A DNA stretch of 64,000 nt from Parcubacteria group bacterium (GTDB lineage: Bacteria; Patescibacteriota; Minisyncoccia; Moranbacterales; UBA2206): contig JBAYUI010000001.1 in the NCBI GenBank assembly GCA_041675165.1, positions 6,901-70,900 of the forward strand. The letters run 5' to 3'. A program made the translations under genes and the position numbers. This document shows, one piece after another, positions 17,490 through 28,462 of this stretch (within the stretch, counting starts at the first letter, position 1; the number at the start of each line of letters is the position of its first letter). The notes beneath the pieces were generated by a model, which saw only the letters and a list, made by a program, of their open reading frames with translations, did no database searches and was not told the origin of the DNA.

Positions 17490-17606
17490 TGGACTTGAGG
17501 ATAATTATTCAAACTCAGCTTAAAATGCAACAGTCCTATAAGATAGCAGGCCCAAGGAAGGATGTCAAATATAGACAAAAAGAAATGAAATACTGAAGAA
17601 GATGAA

Positions 17607-17783
17607 ATGAGTATTGTGCTGACGGGTAATCCCATCATTGGCAAGGAAGAGGAATTGACGCGTTTGGATGGAACTAAGGCTTGGGCATTAGTTACTAAGT
17701 TTCCTTGGATTGACGATGATAGCGGAGAAATAATTGGAATCATTGGTATCGTAAGAGATATTACGGACAGAAAGGAGCGATAA
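17607..17783 (+). pseudogene. PAS/PAC domain C-terminal fragment (58 aa; absent from the ORF track)
   Basis: Translates ...TRLDGTKAWALVTKFPWIDDDSGEIIGIIGIVRDITDRKER, a classic PAC motif. An in-frame TGA at 17586 removes the N-terminal half. Confidence 0.6.
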
Positions 17784-17862
17784 AAAAATAAACGACAAAA
17801 AAGGTCTGTGGGAAAAATTTCCTGCAGAATTTTTATTTTTATAATTCAATAAAAAAAGAAAA

Positions 17863-18963
17863 TTATCCCGCCCAATAATTATTGACGAACAGGATGATGT
17901 CTAGAGCTAAAAATAAAATCGAAGAAAAAATCCAGACTTGTTGAAAAGTTTTGTTTTTGACTTTGGCTAGCAGAATGAAGACTGGGAAAAGCACCAAGCT
18001 ATAACGACCGATACTCATAAGGGTGCCGGAAGTGAGGGCCGCCAAAACCGTAAGAGACATAAAAACAGCGTAGAGTGGGGACAAATTTTTGTACGTCAAA
18101 AAAATCATCGTTAAGATAAGAAGCGTGAAAAAAATATCGATGCCCATATTCACGATTGAGGGATGAGAGAAAAGTGAGAAATGTTCCCAGTTGATGGAAA
18201 ACGATCTTCCCCAGGCGCTCTCGATGTTGAAAAACAAAAAAAGACTGTGGAATTTCAGATAGTCGTAAAAAATGAAAGCGAAACTGGCGAGTGGCGCTAG
18301 TGCGACGGGAATAATTTTAGTAGAAAACAGACTTTTCCAGCCATAATTTCTCCATGTTTCCCACAGGATCGGCAGCGCCAAAAAAACGCCATTGCTGTGC
18401 GTGAGGGCGCCAAGCAAGGCGAATACACCGGCCAAATAGAAATTCTTTTTGAAAGTGTAATAGAAAGTAGCGATGGTCAAGAAGAAGAAAAGTGCTTCAG
18501 TGTAGACAATGTTGAAAAAGAAGGCGGTGGGGAAAACCAGCATCAGGATAATAGGCAATTCTGGGTCGATGTCCGGATGGAATTCTTGCAGGAATTTGTA
18601 GAAAAAAGAGCAACCGGCCAGAAGGGCTGACATGCTGATGATCCAGCCGGCCAGCACATAATTGCCAAACAAGAGAGTGCCAAAAATTGTCATTAAAAAC
18701 GGATAGAGCGGGAAAAAAACGACATTGGAAAGCGTGTTGTCATTTTTCAAATAGTATCCGTTTTTTATGATATCGAGGTACCAATACGTGTCCCAATGGT
18801 TGTGCATATTAACGATATCCCAGCTTTGGGCGGTAGGAAAACTACTCGGCGTGATCCAAGTATAAGCCGTGTCGGGCTTAAGATTGAAACGGTTCAAGGC
18901 CACAAATCCGAAAAGATTCACCGCGACAAGCCAAAGTGTAACTAAAAGCAATATCCTTTTCAT
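17863..18963 (-). CDS. GT-C fold mannosyltransferase (PIG-V/Mannosyl_trans2-like) membrane protein
   Basis: WDTYWYLDII..GY, FFPLYP, FPTAFFF..YTEALF and SIGRY motifs; polytopic. Confidence 0.8.
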   Translation of the reverse strand: MKRILLLVTLWLVAVNLFGFVALNRFNLKPDTAYTWITPSSFPTAQSWDIVNMHNHWDTYWYLDIIKNGYYLKNDNTLSNVVFFPLYPFLMTIFGTLLFGNYVLAGWIISMSALLAGCSFFYKFLQEFHPDIDPELPIILMLVFPTAFFFNIVYTEALFFFLTIATFYYTFKKNFYLAGVFALLGALTHSNGVFLALPILWETWRNYGWKSLFSTKIIPVALAPLASFAFIFYDYLKFHSLFLFFNIESAWGRSFSINWEHFSLFSHPSIVNMGIDIFFTLLILTMIFLTYKNLSPLYAVFMSLTVLAALTSGTLMSIGRYSLVLFPVFILLAKVKNKTFQQVWIFSSILFLALDIILFVNNYWAG

Positions 18964-19101
18964 TTTAATAGGGTTTAAGGTTTATACCGTTATAGTAATT
19001 TGGAAATAGAATTGTGACAAGTCAAAATCGAGTTTTTATATGGCTCTTGATTTTAAAAAAGATTTGTGTAATATTAGTATAGTTAATGAATGAGATGGTT
19101 T

Positions 19102-19153
19102 CCTTCGCGACTAGCGGGCTTCGCCCGCTGAAAGTCGCTTCGGCGAGACGAAG
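19102..19153. repeat. Palindromic element abutting the tRNA-Gly 5' end
   Basis: CCTTCG...CGAAGG arms with an internal AGCGGGC-TTC-GCCCGCT hairpin. Confidence 0.55.
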
Positions 19154-19228
19154 GCGGGTGTCGTATAGTGGCTATTATATCAGCCTTCCAAGCTGAGGAG
19201 GGGGGTTCGATTCCCCCTACCCGCTCCA
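19154..19228 (+). tRNA. tRNA-Gly (anticodon TCC)
   Basis: GCGGGTG/TACCCGC acceptor, TCAGC-CTTCCAA-GCTGA anticodon arm, GGTTCGATTCC T-arm, U discriminator and encoded CCA. Confidence 0.95.
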
Positions 19229-19256
19229 TTAAAACAAACAAGCAAGCGGATTTTCT

Positions 19257-20282
19257 ATGATGAATTTTTTGCGCGGATTTTATTGTGAAAAAAAGCTTTG
19301 GTATGCAGCAGCCTTGATATTGGCGGCTGTTTTGTTTTTTAGCGGATTTTATGCGGGGAAAAGGCAGATGCAAAAAAATGACCAAAATGATGGTCAACTG
19401 CAAGATAAGGAAATCCGTCAGACGGGGTATAAATTTATCAGTCCTCTTTTGGAATGTGAAATCGGGGGATATCCTTTGTTGAAAAATTCAGAGCTGAAAA
19501 TAAAGGAAGCTGTTCAGGGCAGAATAATCGACAAGAATCCTGATGATTTCATCTCTTTGTATTTCAGGGATCTCAATAATGGCCCTTCTTTTGGAATAAG
19601 CGAACAGGAAAGTTTTTCTCCTGCCAGCCTTTTAAAAGTGCCCTTGATGATGGCGTATTATAAATATGCTGAAAATGAGCCTCAAATCCTAGATCGGAGC
19701 GTCAATTACGCGGGGTCTCCCCAGCAATTCCAACAAGCGATTGTTCCGGGAAAACATATTGAGATCGGGAAAAACTATACCATAGAAGAATTGATTGAGG
19801 CGATGATAAAATATAGCGACAACGAAGCCACTAATCTGCTTTTCCAGAACATCAGCCAGGACAAACTAAAAGTAGTTTTTGATGATCTGGGCATAGCTAT
19901 GCCGGATGTTTATGACCCGAACAATGCTATGCCTGTAAAAGACTATGCTTCTTTCTTCCGCATACTCTATAATGCCTCTTATTTGGATCGGGATATGTCA
20001 GAGCGCGCACTCGATCTTCTTTCGACCGTGGAATATAAGGACGGGCTTATCGCGGGCGTGCCCCCCGACGTGGCTATTTCTCATAAATTTGGAGAAAGAG
20101 AGTTGACAGACAAAAAAGGAGGAATAATAAATCAATTGCACGATTGTGGCATTGTCTATTATCCGGAGCATCCATATTTGCTCTGCATTATGACAAAAGG
20201 AAAAAACATCAATAATCTCTCAAGGAGCATTTCGAGCATTTCTAAAATAGTCTACGAAGAGGTCTCTTCAAGAAATAGATGA
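19257..20282 (+). CDS. Membrane-anchored class A beta-lactamase-related serine hydrolase
   Basis: PASLLKVP (SxxK), YSDNEA (SDN), HKFG (KTG-like) and HDCGIVY motifs; N-terminal TM. Confidence 0.85.
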   Translation: MMNFLRGFYCEKKLWYAAALILAAVLFFSGFYAGKRQMQKNDQNDGQLQDKEIRQTGYKFISPLLECEIGGYPLLKNSELKIKEAVQGRIIDKNPDDFISLYFRDLNNGPSFGISEQESFSPASLLKVPLMMAYYKYAENEPQILDRSVNYAGSPQQFQQAIVPGKHIEIGKNYTIEELIEAMIKYSDNEATNLLFQNISQDKLKVVFDDLGIAMPDVYDPNNAMPVKDYASFFRILYNASYLDRDMSERALDLLSTVEYKDGLIAGVPPDVAISHKFGERELTDKKGGIINQLHDCGIVYYPEHPYLLCIMTKGKNINNLSRSISSISKIVYEEVSSRNR

Positions 20283-20701
20283 CCCGCTCGCCCTCCATTT
20301 TAAAAAGGGTATCTTTTTGGACCAAATATTGTCCGATTTTTTGTTTGAAAGCAGGCAGTATGGCGGGAGGACGCTTTGACAAGCTGTGGATAACTTATGG
20401 AAAGAATCACAAAAGACGGTCATTCAAGAAAAAAGAGAATTACTTTTTAACATAACGCAAAAGAGGAAATAATAGAAAAAAGATTGAATAAAAAAACGAA
20501 ACAGAATATGCTCGGAATAATAGGGGGGGGATTGAGTTTTTTAGCTTTATAAAAGCCTAAAAAATCAAAAAGGTCGAGAGCTGTCTGAACCACCCTCTTT
20601 TTTGCTTATCAAAAGCAAAATACTGTGGTATAATCCATATGGAGTATGTGCTTGGGTGAGGTATCAAACTGTTTATTTTGGTATCTCTTTTCATTTTTAG
20701 A

Positions 20702-23700
20702 ATGCTGCAAAACAAAAAAACAAAAAATAAGGAAAAAGAGGTTGAAAAACCGCTTAAAAAATCAATAAAAAAAGCTCTCATTGGAAAAAAGGGGTATTTT
20801 GCTGTCCAAAGAAGAAGGGGAGTGAAAAAAAATGATATTGCTAAAGCTAAAATAATTGAAAAAATAGAAGAATACGACCCTGAAATACTGAAAACGGTCA
20901 AATCTTGGAATTTTTCGGAAAAAAGAAAGGACGAGTTTTTCATAAGACAGACCCTTGAAGAATATGTTTCACTTGACCATACGGACAAGAAAGACTTGGG
21001 GAAAGCTTATTTTTGGAATTTATTCTTAGGAAAATTTGTTTTATCAATAAAACAAATTTTCAGACAAGTTTTTAAAGCGGGATTTAAGTTTTCTTATAGG
21101 GCAATATCCGTTTTGGCTATTGCTTTTTTGGTGTATGGAATTTCGCCGGCGGCTCTTTGCGCTCCCAAATCGGTCGCAATAACTACAAAGGCTGATTGGG
21201 ATCTGGGTCAGTTTTCCGGAGTGACTACACAGAATTCTGTCGATTCGATCCAGATGGAACCAAGTGGGACTTGGACAGCTCGAACTTGGGCATCACCAGA
21301 GGACACCATAGGCTTCGGGCATAGTTCTGTAATGGTGGGCGATTATCTCTATGTTTTCCGAGGTTATTCCGGAGATACTTTTTGGAGATATGATACTATC
21401 AAAAATACTTGGTCAACAATGGCGGGACTGCCACAACCGGCATTCTATGGGGCAGATATGACATATTTGGCCAGTACGGGAAAGATATATGCAATGTTCG
21501 GAGGCTATTCTCAAAAATTTTATAGCTATGATATAGATTCAAATTCTTGGACAAAACTGACTGATATGTTAGATACGCCATGGACAGGCGCGGCGATGGA
21601 AGGGAACGGAACGAGCATTTTTATTGTCAGGGGAAATGCCAGTACTGATTTTTGGGAATATGACACTGTTTCCAGTAGCTGGATAAATCGACCACCGATT
21701 ACGGCGGCTGTCGGAGCCGGGGCGGATATTGTGAATGGACAGGATGGAAATTTATATCTGGTCAGGGGATCTGGAACTCAAACTTTCTATCGGTATGATA
21801 TCGCTGGTCACAGATGGTACGCGACCGTGGCTCAACTCCCTTCGACTTGTGGCGCGGCGGCAAATGCAGCTTGCACTTTTGGAAACGAACAAAAAGGAGT
21901 CTATCGGAATGGAAAATTGTACTTTATGCGTTCTAATGGTACGCAAGATATGTTGCAATATGACATTTCTGGAAATGCTTGGACGGCTCTAACGACAGAT
22001 ATGACTCCTCAAGCGGTCAATTATGGTTCTTTGACTCTGAATACAAATGATAATTTAATATATGCCTTCAGAGCTAATGGCACGACTGATTTTTGGAAAT
22101 TCGATCCCGATGCGGCATCCGGACAAAAGTGGGTCGGACCAAAACAGGTGCAAACAACCGCAGGCGTCCTTTCTACTGTAGGCACAGGCAGTGATTTGGT
22201 TTGGAATCAGAATTATGGCGGAAATAACTACGTGTACGCTATCCAAGGCAGGGGAACGACGGGATTTTTTGTGTATAATGTAGCGAATAATTCTTGGACG
22301 ACCGGTACGGTACTTCCCATCTCTCCGAATAGTGATATGAAAGGAGCGATCAACCCGGCTAATGGAGCGCTTTATTATCCGCGTTCTGGATCGGCTAATA
22401 TCCTCATTTACAGCGGAGGCACTGCCGGTACTTGGGCCAATATGTCGCCGGCACCACCCATAGCACCGGCCGATGGAGCCAGTGTTGCTTTTCAAGGCAC
22501 CAATCTATATTATCGGCCCGGCAATGGAAGTCAGAATATTTATCGATACAATGGCACAAGTTGGTCAGCGGCAATCCCTATGGCAACTGTAGATAGCGGA
22601 ACGACCACGACTTATTATGCCAATACGGGAGGCAGAATGATTTCGGATGGAACTAATGTTTATGCAACACTGGGAGATGGTGAAACAACATTTTTGAAAT
22701 ATGACGGAAGTGCTTGGTTAACATTGTCCGCCACGCCATTCTCGCAATATTATGGGAGTGATATGACGTATGACAGCGTTAATTCAAAAATATATGCCTT
22801 AGCCGGATTATATAAGAATGAGACTTGGGAATATGACATAGCCACTGATGTTTGGAGAAGGTTGCCGAATAACCAGAAATATACTTTTGATAGGGGACCG
22901 TACAATGGTGCTTCGATCGAATATTCCGGCAATACCTCTTTATACGCAACTACAGGCCAAAGCCTTTCTGATATATGGAGTTATACCGTCTCAGCTACAA
23001 ATTTTCCAACTTCCGGAACTTACACTTATGCCAGTCAAATGATCGACCTCGGGCAAGTTTCCAGTGGTTCGGCATTCACTTTCAATGAGGAAAGGCCGGC
23101 CAATACTTCTACGAAGTACGAGCTGTGTACAAATGCGGACGGTGCGGCCTGTTCTTCTTGGCACAATGTAACGGACGGCGTGATCAGCGACCTAACCATT
23201 GGCAGGTATGTCTGGGTGAAAGTCACCTTATCTACGAGTGATGGGGCCAGCACTCCAACAGTGAATGATTATACCATTTCTTATGCTTCAAGCGATACCG
23301 TTCCTTCTTCGCCTACGACAATAGTGGCTAAATCTCAGCAAGTGGACGGGTCAGATATCGTAGCTGACACGGAATACGCATATGAGCACCCCTATTTTTC
23401 TTGGACAGCCGGAGCGGATAATGGCTCAGGAATAGATGGTTATTATGTCTATTGGGGAAAAAACAGCTCCGCGGATCCGGCAAGTGAAGGAAGTTACCAG
23501 GCAACTGGCCACTATACGGTCAACGAGGCGATGAATTATGATACTAGTCCGGTGCATCCCTACGGCACATATTATTTAATCGTGAAGGCTAAAGATAAGA
23601 ACGGGTTGGTATCAGACGCTTGGTCAGCTTTTACTTACAAATACAAAGGTGTTTCTCCGTCACAAGTATCGAGTAAAACATTACAAAGCGATTTCAATAA

Positions 23701-26700
23701 AGCGGGAGCCGACTTTGATGACGGGAAAATATCATACTCGGCTGTTGATGGATCAATGCGCCTGTCAAACACTTCCGGTTTTTGGAATCAGGCTCGATTA
23801 TCAGCTTCACCCTATTATACGCATATAGGGGGTCAGGCAGTGTTGGGGGGATGTAAGACGACTGGGCAATCCCAATTAAGTGGCAATCATTGCGTTTATA
23901 CATTTCAAGGAAACAATCAATTGGTTTTTATGCGGTATGAGATTGAAACGGATACATGGATAAATTCAACCGCTAATATAGCCGAGATAAAACCAGCCTT
24001 GTCAGCGGTTAATAATGGAGGAACGATGGTGGCTGGTCCGGAGGGTTATCTCTATGCGACCAAGGGTGTCACCACGCCAACTTTTTGGCGCTATGACATT
24101 GCTAACGCGGCATGGACACAAATTGATGATGCACCGAAAAATTTCGATTATGGTTCTGTCTTGACGTATGATGACAGTCGATATATCTATGCTATGCCAG
24201 GAAATGACGATGCGACATATCGATATGACACTTGTAACGGTCAAGATGGAAGTTGCAGTCCGCAATGGACCCAACTAACCAATGCCCAATTCGGGAACCC
24301 CAATACGGTTGACGGACAAAAGACCTACGAAGGAGCGGATGGTATTTATGACGGACGGAACAATATGTATGTGATGCAAGGCAACTATTATCCGTATATG
24401 GCTAAATATTCCATTGCTGACGACGAAGGGCGTGGAGAAGTGCATAATACTTGGACATCTCTTTCGGCCGCGCCCGTCGGTTTCTATAACGGAGGCAGTT
24501 TGTCTTTCGACGGGGATCATACAATCTATGCTTTAGCGGGAAATTCTCGTATGAAGTTTATGAAATATGACACCAACACCGACGCATGGTCATTCCTTCC
24601 GGACGCGCCTGCCACAATTTCATATGGAGCTTCTCTCGTTTTTCATAACGGCTATCTCTATGCCACTCGAGGGGGAACTTATACGACGTTCTATCGTTAT
24701 AATACGATTGATAACACGTGGGAGATTCCCAATCATAATTTTTTCGGCAATACGGATGTGACAGGGGCAGTTTATCTCCCTTATTCCAATGGAGCTTCAA
24801 TGGCGGATGACGGAGGCGGAAATATATATATATATAGAGGCGGATTCGATAATACTTTTGGACGATATAATTCTTCGACCGGTGTTTTTACCACCCTATC
24901 CAAGTTACCGATGGGTGCCGGCAACGGAGCGAATATTGTATATAATGGAACGGAGAATGCTATCTACTATGTTTCCGGCAATACCATAAGAACAAGACGG
25001 ACCGGGACGGATACGCAGAACCCATACTTTTTCAAATATGATATAACCAGTAATACTTGGTCACAAATAACCACCGATCGTCCTTTGGCTCAAATATGGC
25101 TGGGATCGTCAATGACCTATGACGGGTCTCAATATATCTATCTGACCCAGGGCAATGGTACATCCACTTGGTGGAAATATGATACGTTGGGGGCTGCCGG
25201 TTCAAGGTGGAGCGCTATGAGTACGGTGGGGAGTTGTTCGAGCGGTGACGGAAGTAAGATTTTGTATGTAAGTGGAACGATTTTCCGGACGCAAGGCGCA
25301 GGATCGACTACGAATTGTAAATTTTCTATTTCTAATGGAACGTGGTCAACATTGGGAGCCCTTTTCTTTGGTGCTAACTCCGGATCAAGTCTGGTAGATG
25401 GCAAGGACGGTTATATTTATTTGGCTCGCGGCGGCAATACTAATAGTTATTATCGTTATAACATTTCCCAAAGCGCTCCGGGGTCATGGGAAAATCTGAC
25501 CGGAGCCAATATTCCGGCTCAAGTGACTACGGGCGGTTGGGGAGTAAATTCTAACAATAGGAACTGGTTTACGTCCGGCGCGGGCGGAGGAATAACTTTT
25601 CCGGACGGATTGTATAGCTATATCGTCGGATCTAGTACGAATGCGACGGGTTTTATTAAGACCGGTACATATACTTCAGAACCGATTGATCTTACTCAGG
25701 CTTATAAATTTGCCAACTTGAGCGTCAGCTATATCTTGCCGATCAACACTGCGCTTGAAATCCAAACCAGAACTTCATCCAACGGGTCGACTTGGGGAGA
25801 TTGGACGGATGTTTCAGAAGATCATTCTTTGGGCGATTCTCATACTTTTTCCATAAATTCTTCCGTAAATGAATATATTCAGATAAGGATGATTTTCAGC
25901 TCTTCCGATCAAGTCTATTCTCCGCGCGTAGATGATTTTGCCATAAACTATTATCAAGATCTTTTCCCGCCTGACAATCCTACTGGTATTTCTGCTTACG
26001 ATACCAGTGTCAAAACCAATATTCTTTCTGACAATACTTGGCATAACTACACAGCTCCGTATTTCGAATGGCCGGTCGCTAACAGCGCGGGCGGAGCGGT
26101 TGACAATCAGGGCGGATCGGGCATCGCGGGCTATTATGTCTGTTTCGGGAATAATACTGATTGCGTGGATCCTTATGTGGACGGTAGTTTCCAGATGGGC
26201 AATAGTTTTGTCCCTACCGGTATGGTTTCCGGACAGGATTATCATTTGAGAATAAAGGCCGTGGATAATGCCGGTATGTTTTTGGGTACGAGTTTTGATG
26301 CCTTCACGTATCGATTCGATGATGTGGCTCCGACTAATCCCAGTGAGATTACAGCCGATCCGATAGGTTATTCTTCAGCAGACGCGTTTATTTTCACGTG
26401 GTCTAATGATGTCGGTGATGCTAATTCCGGCGTAGCCAAATTCCAATATCGCACAGGCGGAGATGCGGCAGACATATGGTATGATATTTCTGACCCATAT
26501 GCCGTATCGCAATCCGTCGCGCCATATCAGGCTAACAAGAACACTTTCTATTTGCGCGCGGTGGACAATGCCGGCAATGTTTCCGCTCCGATGACGATGG
26601 ATTATTTCTATTCCGGTGGAGCCGCTTCGCCGCCGCAAAATTTGGTTGTTTCGCCGGACACCGTGGACAATCAGACCAACAGCTTCACTTTCACTTGGGA

Positions 26701-28462
26701 CGTGCCTACTTCTTACGCGGGGGATGTGGACAAGTTGACCTATTTCTACTCGGTCAATTATCTGCCCACGCCTTTTAATACCATAGAAACTACAGCCAAA
26801 GCCGCCGGTCCGGGGCCGTTTGCGACCCAGTTCGGGAAAAATACTATGTATGTAGTGGCGATGAACGAAGGCGGCACCAAAACTAATCCAAACGATGTGG
26901 ATTGGGATCATCCAGCCTCGGTGGATTTTTATGCCAAGACGACCGCTCCTGGACCGCCGGTCAATATGCAAGTTTTCGACACTTCCGATCGCGAAGCGGA
27001 GGAATATAGCGTGGCGGTCAAATGGAGCGTGCCGCAAAGTTATGATAGTGGAAACTTTGCCGGCTACACGATCTATCGATCGCTCGATGGAACGAATTTT
27101 GTCGAAGCGGCCACGACGACCGGAACGGCGTATGTGGATACGGAATTGGAAAGCAAAGAATATTATTATTATGTCCGCTCTAGAGATAAGACTAATAATC
27201 TTTCCATCGCAACCTCGACACTTTTTTTGACGCCGACCGGGCGCTATACCACTCCGCCGACCATCGTGTCCAAGCCATCGGTTTCAGTGCAATCATTTGC
27301 AGCTTCTTTCGAGTGGTCGACTAACCGATTGGCCAGTTCTTTCGTCGAGTATGGCACGAAGATGTCATTGGGAAAGACGAACGGACAAGTGGACAGCCTG
27401 ACCGCGCACAAAGTCGATATCAATGGCTTGGAAGCGGCCACTAAATATTATTATCGCGTGAAATTTATCGATCCGGACGGGAATATCGGAACTTCTGAAA
27501 TCGGTAATTTTACCACCAATGATCCGCCGACCATTTCGGACGTTTTGGTAGATGGCATAGGATTGGACAGTGCGACTGTTTCTTGGTCGACCAATATGAG
27601 CGGCACTTGCACTTTAAAATATGGAGAAGGTGGCTTTTCAAATTCTATCGAGGAGTCGGGCAGTGGGACGACGCACATCCAGAAAATCACAGGACTTAAA
27701 AATGCTACGCCCTACGCGTATCAGGTGGATTGTGTAGACGCGGATGATAATACATTTGATAGCGATCAATATACTTTCAATACCCTTGAACAGCCGCGGG
27801 TGGAAAATCTGACCGTGCAGAACAAGGAGAATGTCGATATCCCGACCATCGAGTTGAATTATACGACCACCCATCCGACGACTACCTTGGTCAAATTCAA
27901 GGGTCCGGATGAAACGGCTTATCATAACTATCTATTGTCGGATTACGCGACTGATCATAAAGCGACGATCGAAGCGTTGGATCCGGCCATTGAATATGAA
28001 GTGGTTGCGACGGGCATTGATGAAAACGGAGTGGAGGCGGCCAATATGACGGCCAAGGTGACCACCCTGACCGATAGTCGCCCGCCCGCCATAACAGCTA
28101 ATCGCGCAATCGGACGAGTGATCGGGCTCGGAAAAGATGCTAGGGCTAATTTGTATGTTAAGATAGAAACAGATGAACTCACAAAAGTAAAAGTGCTTTT
28201 CGGCAAAGGAACGATTATGGGCAACTTTGAGCAGAGCACGCCGGAAGATCCTTCCAATACATATCATCTAATCACTATCCCCGTCGATCCGGGACAGGTG
28301 TATAGCTATGTCATTGAAGCGGTGGATATGGCGGACAATAAAACTGTTTCCAATCCGGCCACGGTTGTGGTTGAAGGCGCCAAGCAGAATGCGACCGAAA
28401 TCGTGATAAATACGTTCAGCGATAAGTTTGGTTGGATAACTAAGTTATGGATAAAACAATAG
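20702..28462 (+). CDS. Giant surface protein (~2,590 aa) with Kelch-like beta-propellers and fibronectin type III/Ig-like domains
   Basis: Many F[WY][RK]YD....W repeats, FN3-like units (AVDNAGN, V.W, YYY.V) and a hydrophobic segment after a Lys-rich N-terminus. Confidence 0.8.
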   Translation: MLQNKKTKNKEKEVEKPLKKSIKKALIGKKGYFAVQRRRGVKKNDIAKAKIIEKIEEYDPEILKTVKSWNFSEKRKDEFFIRQTLEEYVSLDHTDKKDLGKAYFWNLFLGKFVLSIKQIFRQVFKAGFKFSYRAISVLAIAFLVYGISPAALCAPKSVAITTKADWDLGQFSGVTTQNSVDSIQMEPSGTWTARTWASPEDTIGFGHSSVMVGDYLYVFRGYSGDTFWRYDTIKNTWSTMAGLPQPAFYGADMTYLASTGKIYAMFGGYSQKFYSYDIDSNSWTKLTDMLDTPWTGAAMEGNGTSIFIVRGNASTDFWEYDTVSSSWINRPPITAAVGAGADIVNGQDGNLYLVRGSGTQTFYRYDIAGHRWYATVAQLPSTCGAAANAACTFGNEQKGVYRNGKLYFMRSNGTQDMLQYDISGNAWTALTTDMTPQAVNYGSLTLNTNDNLIYAFRANGTTDFWKFDPDAASGQKWVGPKQVQTTAGVLSTVGTGSDLVWNQNYGGNNYVYAIQGRGTTGFFVYNVANNSWTTGTVLPISPNSDMKGAINPANGALYYPRSGSANILIYSGGTAGTWANMSPAPPIAPADGASVAFQGTNLYYRPGNGSQNIYRYNGTSWSAAIPMATVDSGTTTTYYANTGGRMISDGTNVYATLGDGETTFLKYDGSAWLTLSATPFSQYYGSDMTYDSVNSKIYALAGLYKNETWEYDIATDVWRRLPNNQKYTFDRGPYNGASIEYSGNTSLYATTGQSLSDIWSYTVSATNFPTSGTYTYASQMIDLGQVSSGSAFTFNEERPANTSTKYELCTNADGAACSSWHNVTDGVISDLTIGRYVWVKVTLSTSDGASTPTVNDYTISYASSDTVPSSPTTIVAKSQQVDGSDIVADTEYAYEHPYFSWTAGADNGSGIDGYYVYWGKNSSADPASEGSYQATGHYTVNEAMNYDTSPVHPYGTYYLIVKAKDKNGLVSDAWSAFTYKYKGVSPSQVSSKTLQSDFNKAGADFDDGKISYSAVDGSMRLSNTSGFWNQARLSASPYYTHIGGQAVLGGCKTTGQSQLSGNHCVYTFQGNNQLVFMRYEIETDTWINSTANIAEIKPALSAVNNGGTMVAGPEGYLYATKGVTTPTFWRYDIANAAWTQIDDAPKNFDYGSVLTYDDSRYIYAMPGNDDATYRYDTCNGQDGSCSPQWTQLTNAQFGNPNTVDGQKTYEGADGIYDGRNNMYVMQGNYYPYMAKYSIADDEGRGEVHNTWTSLSAAPVGFYNGGSLSFDGDHTIYALAGNSRMKFMKYDTNTDAWSFLPDAPATISYGASLVFHNGYLYATRGGTYTTFYRYNTIDNTWEIPNHNFFGNTDVTGAVYLPYSNGASMADDGGGNIYIYRGGFDNTFGRYNSSTGVFTTLSKLPMGAGNGANIVYNGTENAIYYVSGNTIRTRRTGTDTQNPYFFKYDITSNTWSQITTDRPLAQIWLGSSMTYDGSQYIYLTQGNGTSTWWKYDTLGAAGSRWSAMSTVGSCSSGDGSKILYVSGTIFRTQGAGSTTNCKFSISNGTWSTLGALFFGANSGSSLVDGKDGYIYLARGGNTNSYYRYNISQSAPGSWENLTGANIPAQVTTGGWGVNSNNRNWFTSGAGGGITFPDGLYSYIVGSSTNATGFIKTGTYTSEPIDLTQAYKFANLSVSYILPINTALEIQTRTSSNGSTWGDWTDVSEDHSLGDSHTFSINSSVNEYIQIRMIFSSSDQVYSPRVDDFAINYYQDLFPPDNPTGISAYDTSVKTNILSDNTWHNYTAPYFEWPVANSAGGAVDNQGGSGIAGYYVCFGNNTDCVDPYVDGSFQMGNSFVPTGMVSGQDYHLRIKAVDNAGMFLGTSFDAFTYRFDDVAPTNPSEITADPIGYSSADAFIFTWSNDVGDANSGVAKFQYRTGGDAADIWYDISDPYAVSQSVAPYQANKNTFYLRAVDNAGNVSAPMTMDYFYSGGAASPPQNLVVSPDTVDNQTNSFTFTWDVPTSYAGDVDKLTYFYSVNYLPTPFNTIETTAKAAGPGPFATQFGKNTMYVVAMNEGGTKTNPNDVDWDHPASVDFYAKTTAPGPPVNMQVFDTSDREAEEYSVAVKWSVPQSYDSGNFAGYTIYRSLDGTNFVEAATTTGTAYVDTELESKEYYYYVRSRDKTNNLSIATSTLFLTPTGRYTTPPTIVSKPSVSVQSFAASFEWSTNRLASSFVEYGTKMSLGKTNGQVDSLTAHKVDINGLEAATKYYYRVKFIDPDGNIGTSEIGNFTTNDPPTISDVLVDGIGLDSATVSWSTNMSGTCTLKYGEGGFSNSIEESGSGTTHIQKITGLKNATPYAYQVDCVDADDNTFDSDQYTFNTLEQPRVENLTVQNKENVDIPTIELNYTTTHPTTTLVKFKGPDETAYHNYLLSDYATDHKATIEALDPAIEYEVVATGIDENGVEAANMTAKVTTLTDSRPPAITANRAIGRVIGLGKDARANLYVKIETDELTKVKVLFGKGTIMGNFEQSTPEDPSNTYHLITIPVDPGQVYSYVIEAVDMADNKTVSNPATVVVEGAKQNATEIVINTFSDKFGWITKLWIKQ

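Noticed and set aside
19257-20282. Bona fide antibiotic-resistance beta-lactamase
   Set aside because: It has SxxK and SDN but KFG instead of KTG, no clear omega-loop ExxLN motif and a membrane anchor. More likely a cell-wall serine hydrolase; activity is unproven.
20385-20393. DnaA box TGTGGATAA suggesting oriC
   Set aside because: Only a single perfect box was noticed, with no dnaA/dnaN or box cluster nearby.
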